From NCBI GenBank assembly GCA_030390025.1, contig CM059432.1, positions 62,312,001-62,376,000 of the forward strand: a DNA stretch of 64,000 nt, given 5' to 3'. The stretch comes from Squalus acanthias (taxonomy: Eukaryota). Position numbers and translations under genes: made by a program. Within the stretch, counting starts at the first letter, position 1, and every line of letters starts with the position of its first letter. This document shows, piece after piece, positions 23,430 to 37,076 of this stretch. The notes under the pieces were generated by a model. That model searched no databases and was not told the DNA's origin. It worked only from the letters and a program-made list of their open reading frames with translations.

Positions 23430-26400
23430 ATCATAGAAATTTACAGCACAGAGGGAGGCCATTCAGCCCATCTTGTCCGTGCCAGCCGACAAAGAGCTAT
23501 CCACCCTAATCCCACTTTCCAGTTCTTGGTCTGTAGCCCTGTAGGTTACGGCACTTCAAGTGCATATCCAAGTACTTTTTAAATGTGATGAGGGTTTCTG
23601 CCTCTACCACCCTTTCAGGTAGTGAGTTCCAGACCCTACCACCCTCTGGGTGAAAAAATTTCTCCTCAAATACCCTCTAAACCTCCTACCAATTAGTTTA
23701 AATCTATACCCCCTGGTTATCGACCCCTCTGCTAAGGGAAATACGTTCTTCCTATCCACTTTATCTAGGCCCCTCATAATTTTATACACCTCAATTAGGT
23801 CTCCCCTCAGCCTCCTCTGTTCCAAAGAAAATAACCCCAGCCTATCCAATCTTTCCTCATAGCTAAAATTCCCCAGCCCAGGCAACATCCTCGTAAATCT
23901 CCTCTGCACCCTCTCTAGTGCAATCTCATCCTTCCTGTAATATGGTGTCCAGAACTGCACGCAGTATTCCAGCTGCGGCCTAACTAGTGTTTTATACAGT
24001 TCAAGCATAACCTCCCTGCCCTTATATTCTATGCCTTAGCTAATAAAGGCAAGTATCCCGTATGCCTTCTTAACCACCTTATCTACCTGTCCTGCTACCT
24101 TCAGGGATCTGTGGACATGCACTCCAAGGTCCCTATGATCCTCTGCACTTCTCAGTGTCCTACCATTTATTGTGTATTCCCTTGCCTTGTTAGCCCTCCC
24201 TAGATGCATTACCTCACACTTCTCCAGATTGAATTCCATTTGCCACTGTTCTGCCCACCTGACCAGTCCATTGATATCTTCCTGCCGTCTACAGCCGCCT
24301 TCTTCATTATCAACCACATGGCCAATTTTTGTATCATCTGCAAACTTCTTAATCATACTTCCTACATTCAAGTCCAAATCATTGATATATACCACAAAAA
24401 GCAAAGGACCCAGTACTGAGCCCTGCGAAACCCCACTGGAAACAGCCTTCCAGTCACAAAAACACTCTTCGACCATTACCCTTTGTTTCCTGCCTCTGAG
24501 CCAATTTTGGATCCAACTTGCCACTTTGCCTTGGATCTCATGGGCTTTTACTTTCATGACCAGTCTGCCATGCGGGACTTTATCAAAAGCCTTGCTAAAA
24601 TCCATATAGACTACATCAAACGCACTACCCTCATCGACCCTCCTTGTTACCTCCTCAAACAACTCAATCAAGTTAGTCAGACACGACCTTCCCTTAACAA
24701 ATCCATGCTGACTGTCTCTGATTAATCCGTGTCTTTCTAAATGAAGATTTATCCTGTACCAAAGAATTTTCCCCAATAATTTTCCCACCACCGAGGTTAG
24801 GCTGACTGGCCTGTAATTACTCGGTCTATCCCTTTCTCCCTTTTTAAACAACGGTACCACGTTAGCAGTCCTCCGGCACCACACCTGTAGCCAGAGAGGA
24901 TTGGAAAATGATGGTTAGAGCCTCTGCTATTTCCTCTCTTACTTCTCTTAACAGTCTGGGATACATTTCATCCGGGCCTGGGGATTTATCCACTTTCAAA
25001 GATGCTAAACCCCTTAATACTTCCTCTTTCACTATGTTTATTTCATCTAATATTTCACACTCCTCCTCCCTGATTGCAATTTCTGCATTGTCCCTCTCTT
25101 TTGTAAAACCAGACGCAAAGTATTCATTAAGAACCATACCCATGTCTTCTGCCTCCATACACAGGTTACCTTTATGGTCCCTAATAGGCCCTACTCTTAC
25201 TTTAGTTATCCTGTTGCTCTTAATGTGTTTATAAAACATCTTTGGGTTTTCCTTGATTTTACTTGCCAATATTTTATCATGCCCTCTCTTTGTTTTCTTA
25301 ATTTCCCTTTTAATTTCACCCCTGCACTTTCTATATTCCTCTAAGGTTTCTGCAGTATTGAGCCCTCGGTATCTCTCATAAGCTTCCCTTTTTTTCTTTA
25401 TCCTTCCCTGTATGCCCCTTGACATCCAGGGAGCTCTAGATTTGTTAGTCCCACTCTTTTTATTAAGGGAACATACTTGCTCTGAACCCTCACTATCTCC
25501 TCCTTGAATGCCTCCCACTGCTCTGACACTGATTTACCTTCAAGTTTCTGTCTCCAGTCCACTTTGGCTAAATCACATCTCAGCTTAGTAAAATTAGCTT
25601 TTCCCCAATTGAGAACTTTTATTCCTGGTCTATCCTTGTCCTTTTCCATAACTATGCTAAATCTAACTGAATTATGATCACGACCACCAATATGCTCCCC
25701 CACTGATACCCTTTCCACCTGCCCAGCTTCATTCCCTAAAACTAGGTCCAGAACCGCCCCCTCTCTTGTTGGGCTTGCTACGTACTGGCTAAAAAAGTTC
25801 TCCTGAATGCATTTTAAGAATTCTGCTCCCTCTATACCTTTCACACTAATTTTATCCCAGTTAATATTAGGGAAGTTGAAATCCCCTACTATTACTGCCC
25901 TATTTTTGTATGTCTCAGAAATTTGCCTACATATTTGCTCTTCTATCTCCCTCTGACTGTTTGGGGGTCTATGGTACACTCCCAGCAGTGTGATTGCCCC
26001 TTTTTTGCTTTTCACTTCAACCCATATGGCCTCGTTGGATGATCCTTCTAAGATATCATCCCTCCTCACAGCTGTAATTGTTTCTTTAATCAATATTGCG
26101 ACCCCCCCCTCCTTTTTTATCCCCCCTCTCTATCTCGTCTGAAAACCCTGTAACCAGGAATGTTGAGCTGCCATTCCTGCCCTTCTTTCAGCCATGTCTC
26201 AGTAATAGCTCTATCATTCTCCCACGTGTCTATCTGTGCCCTCAGCTCATCTGCTTTATTCCCTAGACTCCTTGCGTTGAAGTATATGCCATTTAGCACT
26301 GCCAAACTCCCTTGTTGTCTATTTTCTAGCCTTTGTTTCCTCTGCCTTCCAAACTCGCATACTAATTTTCTGCCTTCCATTTCCAGCTTTGCTTCTCTCC

Positions 26401-29400
26401 CTTCTGAATCTACTCTCAGGTTCCATCCCCCTGCCAAGCTAGTTTAAACCCTCCCCAACAGCACTAGCAAACCCCCCCGCGAGAATATTGGTCCCGGTCA
26501 TAGATAGAGTTATACAGCACAGAACGAGGCCCTTCGGCCCATCGTGTCTGCGCTGGCCATCAAGCCCTATCTATTCTAATCCCATTTTCCAGCACTTGGT
26601 CCGTAGCCTTGTATGCTATGGCGTTTCAAGTGCTCATCTAAATGCTTCTTGAATGTTGTGAGGGTTCCTGCCTCTACCACCCTTTCAGCCAGTGAGTTCC
26701 AGATTCCAACCACCCTCTGGGTGAAAAAGTTTTTCCTCAAATCCCCTCTAAACCTCCTGCCCCTTACCTTGAAACTATGCCCCCTGGTTATTGACCCCTC
26801 TACTAAGGGGAAATGTTCCTTTCTATCTACCCTATCTATGACCCTCATAATTTTGTACACCTCAATCAGGTCCCCCCTCAGCCTTCTCTGCTCTAAGGAA
26901 AACAACCCCAGCCTGTTCAGTCTCTCTTCATAGCTGAAACTCTCCAGCCCAGGTAACATCCTGGTGAATCTCCTCTGCACCCTGTCCAATGCAATCACAT
27001 CCTTCCTATAGTGTGGCGACCAGAACTGCACACAGTATTCCAGCTGTGGCCTAACTAGCGTTTTGTACAGCTCCATCATAACCTCCCTGCTCTTATATTC
27101 TATGCCTCGGCTAATGAAGGCAAGTATCCCATATGCCTTCTTTACCACCTTATCTACCTGTCCTGCTGCCTTCAGGGATCTATGTACATGCAGACCAAGG
27201 TCCCTCTGATCCTCTGTCCTTCCTAGGGTCCTACCATTCATTGTGTATTCCCTTGCCTTGTTAGTCCTCCCAAAATGCATCACCTCACACTTTTCAGGGT
27301 TAAAGTCCATTTGCCACTGTTCTGCCCATCTGACCAACCCGTCTATATCGTCCTGTAGCCTGAGGCTTCCCTCCTTGCTATTTACCACTCCACCAATTTT
27401 CGTGTCATCTGCGAACTTACTGATCATACCTCCTACATTCATATCTAAATCATTAATGTACACTACAAACAGCAAGGGACCTAGCACCGATCCCTGCGGT
27501 ACACCACTGGACACAGGCTTCCAGTCACAAAAACAACCTTCGACCATCACCCTCTGCCTCCTGCCACTAAGCCAATTTTGGATCCAATGTGTCAAATTTC
27601 CCTGGATCCCATGGGCTCTTGCCTTCTTGACCAGTCTCCCATGCGGGACTTTGTCAAAAGCCTTACTGAAGTCCATGTAGACTACATCAACTACACTACC
27701 CTCATCCACACACCTAGTCACCCCCTCGAAAAATTCAATCAAATTGGTTAGACATGATCTCCCCCTGACAAAGCTATGCTGAATAACCTTGATTAATCCT
27801 TGCCTCTCCAAGTGGAGACTAATTCTGTCCCTCAGAATTTTTTCCAATAATTTCCCTACCACTGATGTTAGGCTCACTGGCCTGTAATTCCCTGGTTTAT
27901 CCCTACTACCCTTCTAGAATAATGGTACTACATTAGCTGTCCTCCAGTCCTCTGGCACCTCCCCTGTGGCCAGAGAGTTTCTGAAAATTTGTGTCAGAGT
28001 CCCTGCAATCTCCTCCCTTGCCTCACACAGCAGCCTGGGATACATCTCGTCTGGGCCTGGGGATTTATCCACTTTTAAGCCCGCTAAAACCACTAATACC
28101 TCCTCCCTCTCAATGCTAATTTGTTCAAGTATATCACAATCCCCCTGCGTGATTTCTATCCCTACATCGTCCTTCTCCATAGTGAACACAGATGCAAAAT
28201 ATTCATTTAAAACCTCACCTACATCTTCCGGCTCCACACACAGCTTGCCACTTTGGTCCCTAATGGGCCCTACTCTTTCCCTGGTTATCCTCTTGCCCTT
28301 AATATACTTATAAAACACCTTGGGATTTTCCTTTATTTTGCCCGCCAGTGTTTCTTCATGCCCCCTCTTCGCTCTCCTAATTTCTTTTTTACGTACCCCC
28401 CTGCATTTTCTATACTCCTCTAGGGCTTCCACTGTTTTTAGTCCTTTGTATCTGCCAAAAGCCTCACTTTTTTTCCTAATCCATTCTTGTATATCCCTTG
28501 ACATCCAGGGTTCCCTGGACTTGTTGGTCCCACCCTTAACCTTTACGGGAACATGTTTCCTTTTTGAATGACTCCCACTGCTCTGATGTGGATTTTCCTA
28601 CAAGTAGCTGATCCCAGTCCACTTTGGCCAGATCCTGCCTTATATTAAAATCGGCCTTCCCCCAATTTATAACCTTTATTTCCGGTCCATCTTTGTCCTG
28701 TTGAGGTGCAACCCGTCCGGCTTGTACAGGTCCCACCTCCCCCAGAAACGGTCCCAATGCCTCAGGAATCGAAAGCCCTCCCTCCTGCACCATCTCTCCA
28801 GCCACGCATTCATCTGCACTGTCCTCCTATTTCTGTACTCACTAGCACGTGGCACCAGGAGTAATCCAGAGAGTACTACCTTTGAGGTCCTGCTTTTTAA
28901 TCTCTTTCCTAGCTCCCTAAAATCTGCCTGCAGCACCTCATCTCTCTTTCTACCTATGTCGTTGGTACCGATATGGACCACAACTATCGACCACCCTTCC
29001 CCCTCAGAATGCCCTGCAGCTGCTCAGTGACATCCTTGAACCTGGCACCAGGGAGGCAACATACCATCCTGGAGTCACGTCTGCGGCCGCAGAAACGCCT
29101 GTCTGCTCCCCTATCGAATCCCCTATGACTATTGCTCTTCCACTCTTCCTCTTCCCTCCCTGTGCAGCTGAGCCACCCATGGTGCCGTGGACTTGGCTGT
29201 GGCTGCATTCCCCAGAGGAACCATCGCCCCCACCAGTATTCAGAGCTGAAAACCGGTTAGCGAGCGAGATGCGCTCGGGATTCCTGCCATACCTGCCTGG
29301 TCATCCTCTTCTGTCTGGCAGTCACCCATTCTCTCTTTGCCCGCACACTCTTCAGCTGCGGGGTGACCACCTCCTGAAACACGCTATCCACGAAGCTCTC

Positions 29401-29570
29401 AGCCTCGCGGATGCACTGCCGTGACTCCAGCCGCCGCTCAAGCTCTGAAACCCGGAGCTCGAGCTACTATAGCTGGCGACACTTCCTGCACATATGTCGT
29501 TGTCCACATGGCACAGGATGTGCATTCCACAGGACTGAGCCGCCCTGCTATGCCTTTACTTTATAGACTT
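23430..29570 (-). mobile_element. CR1 LINE 'D': near full-length, decayed (23430-26499 and 28695-29570)
   Basis: Frameshifted RT and APE ORFs at 23604-26437; esterase ORF1 split by element E and continuous across 26499/28698. Confidence 0.92.
26500..28698 (-). mobile_element. CR1 LINE 'E': 5'-truncated, nested in ORF1 of D
   Basis: 433-aa open RT ORF (26576-27877), one upstream stop, own 3' tail at 26500; gtc microhomology at both junctions. Confidence 0.9.
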
Positions 29571-29799
29571 TAGACACCAGAAGCTTCTGCACATTTAATT
29601 GCAATGTTCCTTGGTTGGATGGTAGCTCACCTTTCTCAGAAACGTATCCCCATTACAGTCAGAAATTAAGGGTACTGTACTTCCAGATAGTCTCTGTCAC
29701 TCAGTATGATAAGGCCAATCACTTGTCAACAAAATGATTGCGGCAGCCTCTCATTACAAGTTTAGTATCCTGTGCAAAGAGCACATATGCTGGTGATGA

Positions 29800-29945
29800 T
29801 GGTGTTTCACCTTGTAAACACAAATCTGTCACTTCTTTGATACAGGTTTGCACTGCAAATTGCATATCCTTGGGGTGGCTTGAAAGGCTCTGATAGAGTA
29901 AAAGGTTTGTTGCTTCATATCTATGGGAAGAGCCATCCCTATTCC
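29800..29945 (-). pseudogene. Decayed PIF/Harbinger (HARBI1-like) transposase fragment
   Basis: Frameshifted MALPIDMK / FYSIRAFQA / QFAVQTCIKEVTDL, resembling the ALP..K...FYA.GSFQ...SQ..V..CI.EVT.AL helix-turn-helix region of Harbinger transposases. Confidence 0.55.
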
Positions 29946-30893
29946 AGATGTTGTCTGCATGCCATCATGTAGAAGATGGTACTACTCTCAGACTTTTGTG
30001 TGAAGTGGAGGCAGCACACGTTTCCTAACATGTTGAATGGTTGTGACAGGTGCAGACACAACATTTCAGATGTTGTTGTACCTCCATTTGACGGCCCTCC
30101 ATGAACTCTTCCTTATCTGAAGCATCTAGCATGTTCAAAAATCAGCAAGGAATGGCTATGTTCACCATGTTGTACGTTGCAATTTAGATGCCTGAAGCAA
30201 TGAAGAATACTGAAGATCATAGAACTTAGAGAGCATCAAGATCATGTAACATGATCAAAGGAATGGCCATGGCTGTGGGAGGGGAGGAGCTGACATGGAA
30301 CGTCGGATTGAAATGGACAAGCAGAGCAAAGAAGTCAGTGGAGGATTGGGAGGGTGAATTCAAGACCAAACCCTTTGAGAATGACAAGTTACTCAGTGCA
30401 AAGCCAGACTGGAGGGAGAAGAATTTGACGAGGAAGGTGCTTAAGGTGGTAATAGATAATGAGCATCTTAAAGGAGAGATGGGAGGGCGATAGAGGGTGA
30501 GGTGTTCAAAAGAGCAGAAGCCAGAGGAAGAGAGGAAAAGGCTAAGGTGGGATCTCACTACAAGCACCATACCACCATCGTGGCGGTTTGGGTGAAGAAC
30601 ATGGTGTGATGTAATTCAGGTGCTGTGGTCTCAGTGCGGGGGAAGAATTCACCAATGGTGAGCCAGGTTGCTGATGAATGTGCTGTGTATTTCCAGGATT
30701 TTCTGGTTTTATTTTTACTTAATATATATCTTACATTGAACAGCAAGAATCCATAAATTAGGTAAATCAAAAAAGTATTAGAATTGTTTTTCAGTATAAC
30801 CAAATCAGAAGAGCACAAGAATATGGAACAAAATGGTTTTGGTCCATCTATTCGTTCCTTCGACAGACGAAGTACAATTTGGCTCATACAGAC

Positions 30894-31120
30894 GAGGGTG
30901 ACCATATGTCCCCGTTTCACGACCCTCAGAGAAGAAATTTCTCCTCATTTCCATTTTAAATGGGTGCCCCCTTATTCTGAAATTATGCTCCCTAGTTCTA
31001 GATTCCCCCAGGATGGGAAACATCCACTCTGCATGCAACCTACATTTTCAATCGTGGCTACTTTGCTGTGCTCCCACCCTGTGTGTCCCCGGATTCGGTT
31101 TAGAAAATACGGTCACCCTA
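30894..31120. mobile_element. hAT (Blackjack-type) MITE with an internal CR1 fragment
   Basis: TIRs gagggtgaccatat / atacggtcacccta; degenerate 8-bp TSD atacagac / atatcgac. Confidence 0.6.
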
Positions 31121-32351
31121 ATATCGACTCTCCCCTATCTACTCAATTTTGAGAGGTGGATAACTGCATAAGTTAAACCTTTGATAAGATGAAACTGTGC
31201 AGTTTCTCCTGGACCCCTAAGATAATATAGTGCAGGTTCATGATATTATCCTAACATAACAATCTACATTATTCAGCCCTGACCAGTTACATTCCATAGT
31301 TGATATTTCCATGTTTTCAACAGTGAAGGAGCCATTAAACTCAATAGAGCACTTGATTATCTGTATTTATCCCTCTAGCCTTCAATCCTATTTTTAACTA
31401 GATATTCACCCAGCTTTTTTAAACCCTTAAGCTACAATTCATGGATTGTGACTATATATTCAGGTAAATTTCCTGAAAATATATGTTGAAGTGTTAATTT
31501 TGGATGGAAGACTATATTCTACATACCTGTGAAGTTATTTTTTTTTTAATCCTAGTGCTGGTGGTGGGAGGAAATCACCCAGCATTTCCATTCTGGGTCT
31601 CAACCCAGTGATCCCAATAGAAAGGCATGTGTGTGGATGAGGCCAAAATCATGTCTATGTAGCAGAGGAAGAGGAGGGCAGCCTCCTGAAGAAGCACCCA
31701 TCACTCTTTTTAATCCTTGTAAGCACCGACTCAGGAATCAACACCCTATGTAGGAGCGAGAGCAGAGGGAAAGGATGGCACAGGACACAGCTCTCCAGAG
31801 AATGACCTCTCCTCCTAGCTCTGCTGTAGAGGGCACAGATGAGGACTTTAAAGTAAGACTGATAGGTGTGCACCAGCAATTGTTCACTGCATTGGATGAC
31901 CTGCCAGGGAGCCAGCCACACCATGGCGGACAGTGTGGAGTCGTCCACTTCCAACTTGTGTAGGGTTATTATACATGGCATTGAGGCAATGCAGTCAACC
32001 TTGCATCTCTATGTACACTGCAGGGATGTCCTCAGTAGCAGAGGCTGTAGGGACAGCTTCGATGGAAGCTCCGACTGCTGCCATTCAGACTTTGGACTCT
32101 GCCATCTCCACCGGGTTCCAGAGTTTGCGTGAAAGCAGGGATAAAAGCTTCAGTGCTGTCCCTGCCCAACTGCATTTTCTGTTTTAATTTCAGATTTTCA
32201 GCATCCGCAGTGTATTGCTTTTGATTTAATGAATATTGCCATTTATGTTAAAACACACTGGTAAGTCTGCATAAATGTCAATATTTATTACTAGCCAAAA
32301 AGAATGAAAACAGTAACACACTCTCCCCAATTCAAGGCTACAATCTAAATA

Positions 32352-34420
32352 TAAACAGAAAATGCTGGAAATACTCGGCAGGTCAGGCATCTGTGGAGAG
32401 AGAAACAGAATTAATGTTTCAAGTCGATGACCTTTCATCAGAACTAGGAAATGTTACAGATGCAACAGGTTTTAAGCAAGTGCAGGGCAAGAGGGGTAAA
32501 GAACAAAAGGGAAGCTCTGTGATAGGGTGGAAGGCAGGAGTAATTACATGACAAAAGGGATGATGGTGCAAGGCAAAAGTGGGTGGTAATGTGACAAGTA
32601 AAGAAACAAAGCTGGGTCTAGAGGAGCTGTAAATGGCAACAGCAGAATCATTACCAGCTATCCAAAAAAATGGGAGCTGTGGTTATGATCTGAATTTGTT
32701 GAACTCGGTGTTGAATCTAGAAGGCTGTAAAATGCCTAATCAAAAGATGAGGCGCTGTTCCTCGAGCTTCCGTTAAACTTCATTGGAAAAGTATAGGAGG
32801 CCGAGGACAGAGAGATCAGAGTGGGAGTGGGTCAGAGAATTAAAATGACAAGTGACTGGAAGCTCGGTCATGCTTGCGGACTGAACAGAGGTGTTCAGCA
32901 AATCGATCACTCAATCTGTGTTTGATCTCCCCAATGTAGAGGAGACCACATCGTGAGCAGAGAATTCAGTATACTAAATTGAAAGAAGTACAAGTAAATT
33001 GTTGTTTCACCTGGAAGGAGTGGTTGGGGCCCTGGATGGTGGGAAGGGAAGTGGTGAAAGGGGCAGGTGTTGCATCTCCTGCGCTTGCGTGGGAAGGACG
33101 GAGAAACTGGAAGAATGGAAGAGTCCTTACAGGAAGCGGGGTGGGAGGAAGTATAATCAAGGTAGCTGTGGGAGTCAATGGGCTTATAGTAGATATTGAT
33201 TGACAGCCTATTCCCAGAAATGGAGATAGTCAAGGTGAGCCTCAATTTCTCTGCTGTCCTCACTCACTCTAACCTACCACCTTCCCTATGAACTTGCAGC
33301 ACTCTGTTCTCTCAGGTCCAACCCTGACATTGTCATTAAACCTGCTGACAAGGGCAGTGCTGTTGTTGCTTGGTGCACAGACCTCTACCTTGCGGAGGCT
33401 GAGTGCCAACTCTCCGACAATTCCTCCTACCTCCCCCTGGACCATGACCTCACCACTGAATCAAGCCATCGTTTCCCAGACCATCACTGACCTTATCTCC
33501 CTTGGAGAGCTTCCCTCACCCACCTCATGACTTCCAACCCTGCACAGCCCACTTCTACCACCTTCCCAAGATCCATAAACAGGACTGCCCTGGTGGATCC
33601 ATTGTTTCAGCCTTTTCTTACCCCATGGAACTTATTTCTTTCTATCTTGACTCTTTTTCTCTCCTCTTGTCTAGTTGCTTCCGACGCCTTCTGCCACTTT
33701 ACTGGCCCAAACTGTCTCCTTTTCACTATGGACGTCCAGTCTCGCTACACCTCCATCCCCCACCGGGACAACCTATAGGTCATCCGCTTCTTCCTTGAAC
33801 GGAGGTCCAACCAGTTCCCATCCATCACCATCCTCCTCTGCCTGGTTGATCTTGTTTTTACATTGAACAACTTCTCATTTGAGTCCTCTCACTTCCTCCA
33901 AATAAAAGGTGTCGCTATGGGAACCCGTAGGGGTCCTAGCTATGCCTGCCTTTTCGTGAGCTTTTGATTAGGCATTTTACAACCTTCCGGACTCAACATC
34001 GAGTTCAACAATTTCAGATCATAACCACTGCACCAACTTTTTTGGATAGCAGGTGCTGGTAATGATTCTGCTGTTGCCATTTACAGTTCCTCTAGACCCA
34101 TCTTTTGTTTCTTTACTTGTCCCATTACCAACCCCTCTTGCCATGCACCATCATTCCTTTTGTCATTTAATCACTCCTGCCTTCCACCCTATCACAGACC
34201 TTCCCTTTTGTTCTTTACACCCCTCCCCCTCTTCCCTGCCTCTGTACTTGCTTAAAACCTGTTACATCTGTAATGTTGCCTAGTTCTGATGAAAGGTCAT
34301 CGACCTGAAACGTTGACTCCGTTTCTCTCTCCACAGATGCTGCCTGACCTGCTGAGTATTTCCAGCATTTTCCGTTTATATTTCATATTTCCAGCATCCG
34401 CAGTATTTTGCGTTTCTACA
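32352..34420. mobile_element. Penelope-like retroelement remnant in inverted arrangement
   Basis: Plus strand RT motifs KPADKG, YHLPKIHK, FTMDVQSRYTSIPH, KGVAMGT. Minus strand YYKPIDSHSYLDYTSSHP and CTSFNLVY (thumb/GIY-YIG). The ends are ~400-bp inverted repeats. Confidence 0.85.
34282..34318 (+). ncRNA. Minimal hammerhead ribozyme motif
   Basis: AGUU-CUGAUGA-A-AGGUC(AUC)GACCU-GAAA-CG-UU-GACU. Confidence 0.72.
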
Positions 34421-36153
34421 TACCAATTTCCAGGTTCAAATGACAGTTATTAACTATGTGTTGTCTGAACTCCTAGATTCAATTATAGCCTGTAACTTGC
34501 TCCCAGGAAACCATTTATTGTTGATGTGAACACTGATTTGCTAAACCTCTGAGGACTGCAGGGTGTGTCCCATTTTTGCAAACATTTTATTTTTAGTTTA
34601 TTCAAAGATCACTCTCAATTAAGATTTCTATAGATTGTACTTAAAAAAAAAAAATCTGCTTCTTTAAGTAACATTTAACAAATTTACAGGAAATATTTTA
34701 TAATAGTTGCAATTTTTTTTTTAAAGCCAAAAGGTATAGCTTGTGTGGTTATGCACCCAAAATTAAGTATGAGTGTTTTAAATTTTACTCTGCTACCACA
34801 GGAAGAAGACAATGAGCTGCCACTCTTTTGAACTATCCCACCGAATCACATGTTGGGTGAGTGTGGAGCCAGGGACTTCCCTATGGGGTAGGGGAAACAG
34901 TGAAAAATCAGAGTGCAATTGTCCAAGAAAATATTGCATCCTTCCTCACAACAAACCCAAGACTGGTAGAAGGGTGCAAGGTGCTTATTCGAATAAATTA
35001 AACCCAATAGACATATAATACCAGGGAAAAGCCAAGGTAGTGGTTCATTTTGTGAGTTATGTAGTAAACTTAATGAGATTTACTTCTATTTCAATTGCTT
35101 TTGAGCCCTACACAAAAGAAACACACACTGTTACTTCTGTGAGCCATTCACTTTATTGCAGCAAGATGAGTACTTTTAATTATAGCAGAGATATCAAATT
35201 AAACAAATTTGATTTTTTACCAAACCGAATGGGGCTAGGTAGGAATGAACACAGGTAGAGACTACTGAATGATCCTTGAAGTAACTGTAGTCATTATCAG
35301 CATAACATGGAATACAAACATTTAATATGGCTTTATTCCAGTAAATATTAAAGTGTACCTATGATTATAGGACTTAATTTTTCAAGCTTCAGCAACAGTG
35401 CCATTCATCTTGAAAACATAATGCATTGTTGTTGAATATTCCAATATTCTTGAAACACAATTTTTCATTATCTATAGCATGATATATGTCTCAGATAGTA
35501 TTGAAAAGTATTGTATTATCAACATTTTGGGTGGGTGATATATTGAATGGGAATTAAACAAATGTAAGGATTGGAGTGTGTACATAATATGCACTTTTTT
35601 CATTTATTACATTTTCAAATATTACTTTACAGAACACTAAATATTACAAATGTCAATATAAATGAAAGCAAAGTGATGAGCTGACTGTTGTCTGACAAAA
35701 CATTGAGATTCAAGAAATAAGGGGTAAGTACTGAACTTTCATTCTAACACAATTACCGCTATGTGTTCCACTTTCTTATTTTTGAATTAACATCTTTCTT
35801 TCCACAGAAGTCATTAGACCGCTATCGATCCCAGAAGAACAATTGATTAGGGAAGTGAAGCAGATGCACAATGTGAGGAGCTTCTGCCCCAGAGGTAAAC
35901 TCAGTCGTACACAGGCTCCAATCAGTCTGTAAACCTGCTGGGCAGCAGAATCACTAATGATTCTGACAGTACATCAGCTTCACTTCCTCTCATTTTAAGT
36001 GCCAGTGTTTGAGACTCTATGCTTACATAAAAAATACGAATGTAAAACACACAGGGGAATAAGGTACGACAAGAACTGGTATTTAGATGGCAGCTGGTGA
36101 AAGATCACTAATAGATCAAATACTGGTCACAAAGACCAATATAATTTCTAAAC

Positions 36154-36159
36154 TTTATT
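36154..36159 (-). promoter_or_regulatory. Candidate PRKDC polyadenylation signal (alternative at 36474-36479)
   Basis: AATAAA on the minus strand ~600 nt after the stop, followed by G/T-rich sequence. Confidence 0.45.
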
Positions 36160-36758
36160 TTACAGTGTTTTATACTGGAAGTACTTACCATAGATTTATG
36201 TTCTCCTTTAATTTTGTACAGTATGTACTAAGAAACAACATCCTTTAGGCAAGATGAATAGACAGTTTCTTATGCACTCTGTCATCGAATGACTTCCTTC
36301 TAGATTGCTCCAACAAACTTTTTAAACTCCAAGTTCAGATCACCCTCTTCTGTGCCACTATGACATTTTCAATTATTACAAGAGCCTTCCTTATGGCTTG
36401 AGTCTAAAACCCCTCATCCCACTGCCAGCTTCAAAGTTACCATTTTAAAATTATGCTTTCTCATTCTTAAACATTTATTCCCTCCATGGATCCTATTTCC
36501 GTGAAGAAGCATCTGGCCTTTGCTCACTGCCTATTTTGATGACAAGCCCACGATTGGGAACTTTATGGGGAATCACAGGCAACAAACCTAAAATTTCTTA
36601 CTATTTGTCAGCCATGTTTATATTAAAAGGAGAAAAAACAGCTCTCTAGTATTTAAAAAAAATATAATCTAGGTACCTGAATATAAAGATTAATGTCTCT
36701 TTACATCAAACCTTTTTTCCTGTCTTCCCCAGTTCATATCACAGTTTACTGCATTCCA

Positions 36759-36963
36759 TCACATCCATGCCTCCCAACCTACCCACACTCTACCCAGGAT
36801 ATTTGGGTCTGTGGCTTGGTCAATCAGGCAATCCACCTGGCGCTCTACAGAAAGCCCTTCTTCTGGTTCTCTGGATCGGACATTGTGGTCCTTGTCTCCC
36901 ATGGCTACAGCTACATAGCTAGTGTAAGCCTTTAATTTTTCATGCCCCAAACGTAACTCATCT
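36759..36963 (-). CDS. PRKDC: DNA-PKcs terminal coding exon (FATC domain)
   Basis: DELRLGHEK...[36 protein letters not shown], the canonical FATC C-terminus. Confidence 0.98.
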
Positions 36964-37076
36964 CTGAAATGAAAACAACATTTAAATTAACATAAATTTG
37001 AGAAAAGGTGACTTGTGCATAATACTTAAATGTGACAAAACAACACTGAAACCCCAGAAAACTCAGGGAACACAAA

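Noticed and set aside
35882..35965. Imperfect hairpins as pre-miRNA or SECIS
   Set aside because: Short bulged stems with a large loop; no SECIS quartet or miRNA-like geometry.
12200..36100. CEBPD or SPIDR, expected downstream of PRKDC from mammalian synteny
   Set aside because: No bZIP ORF or recognisable exons seen; they may lie outside the window.
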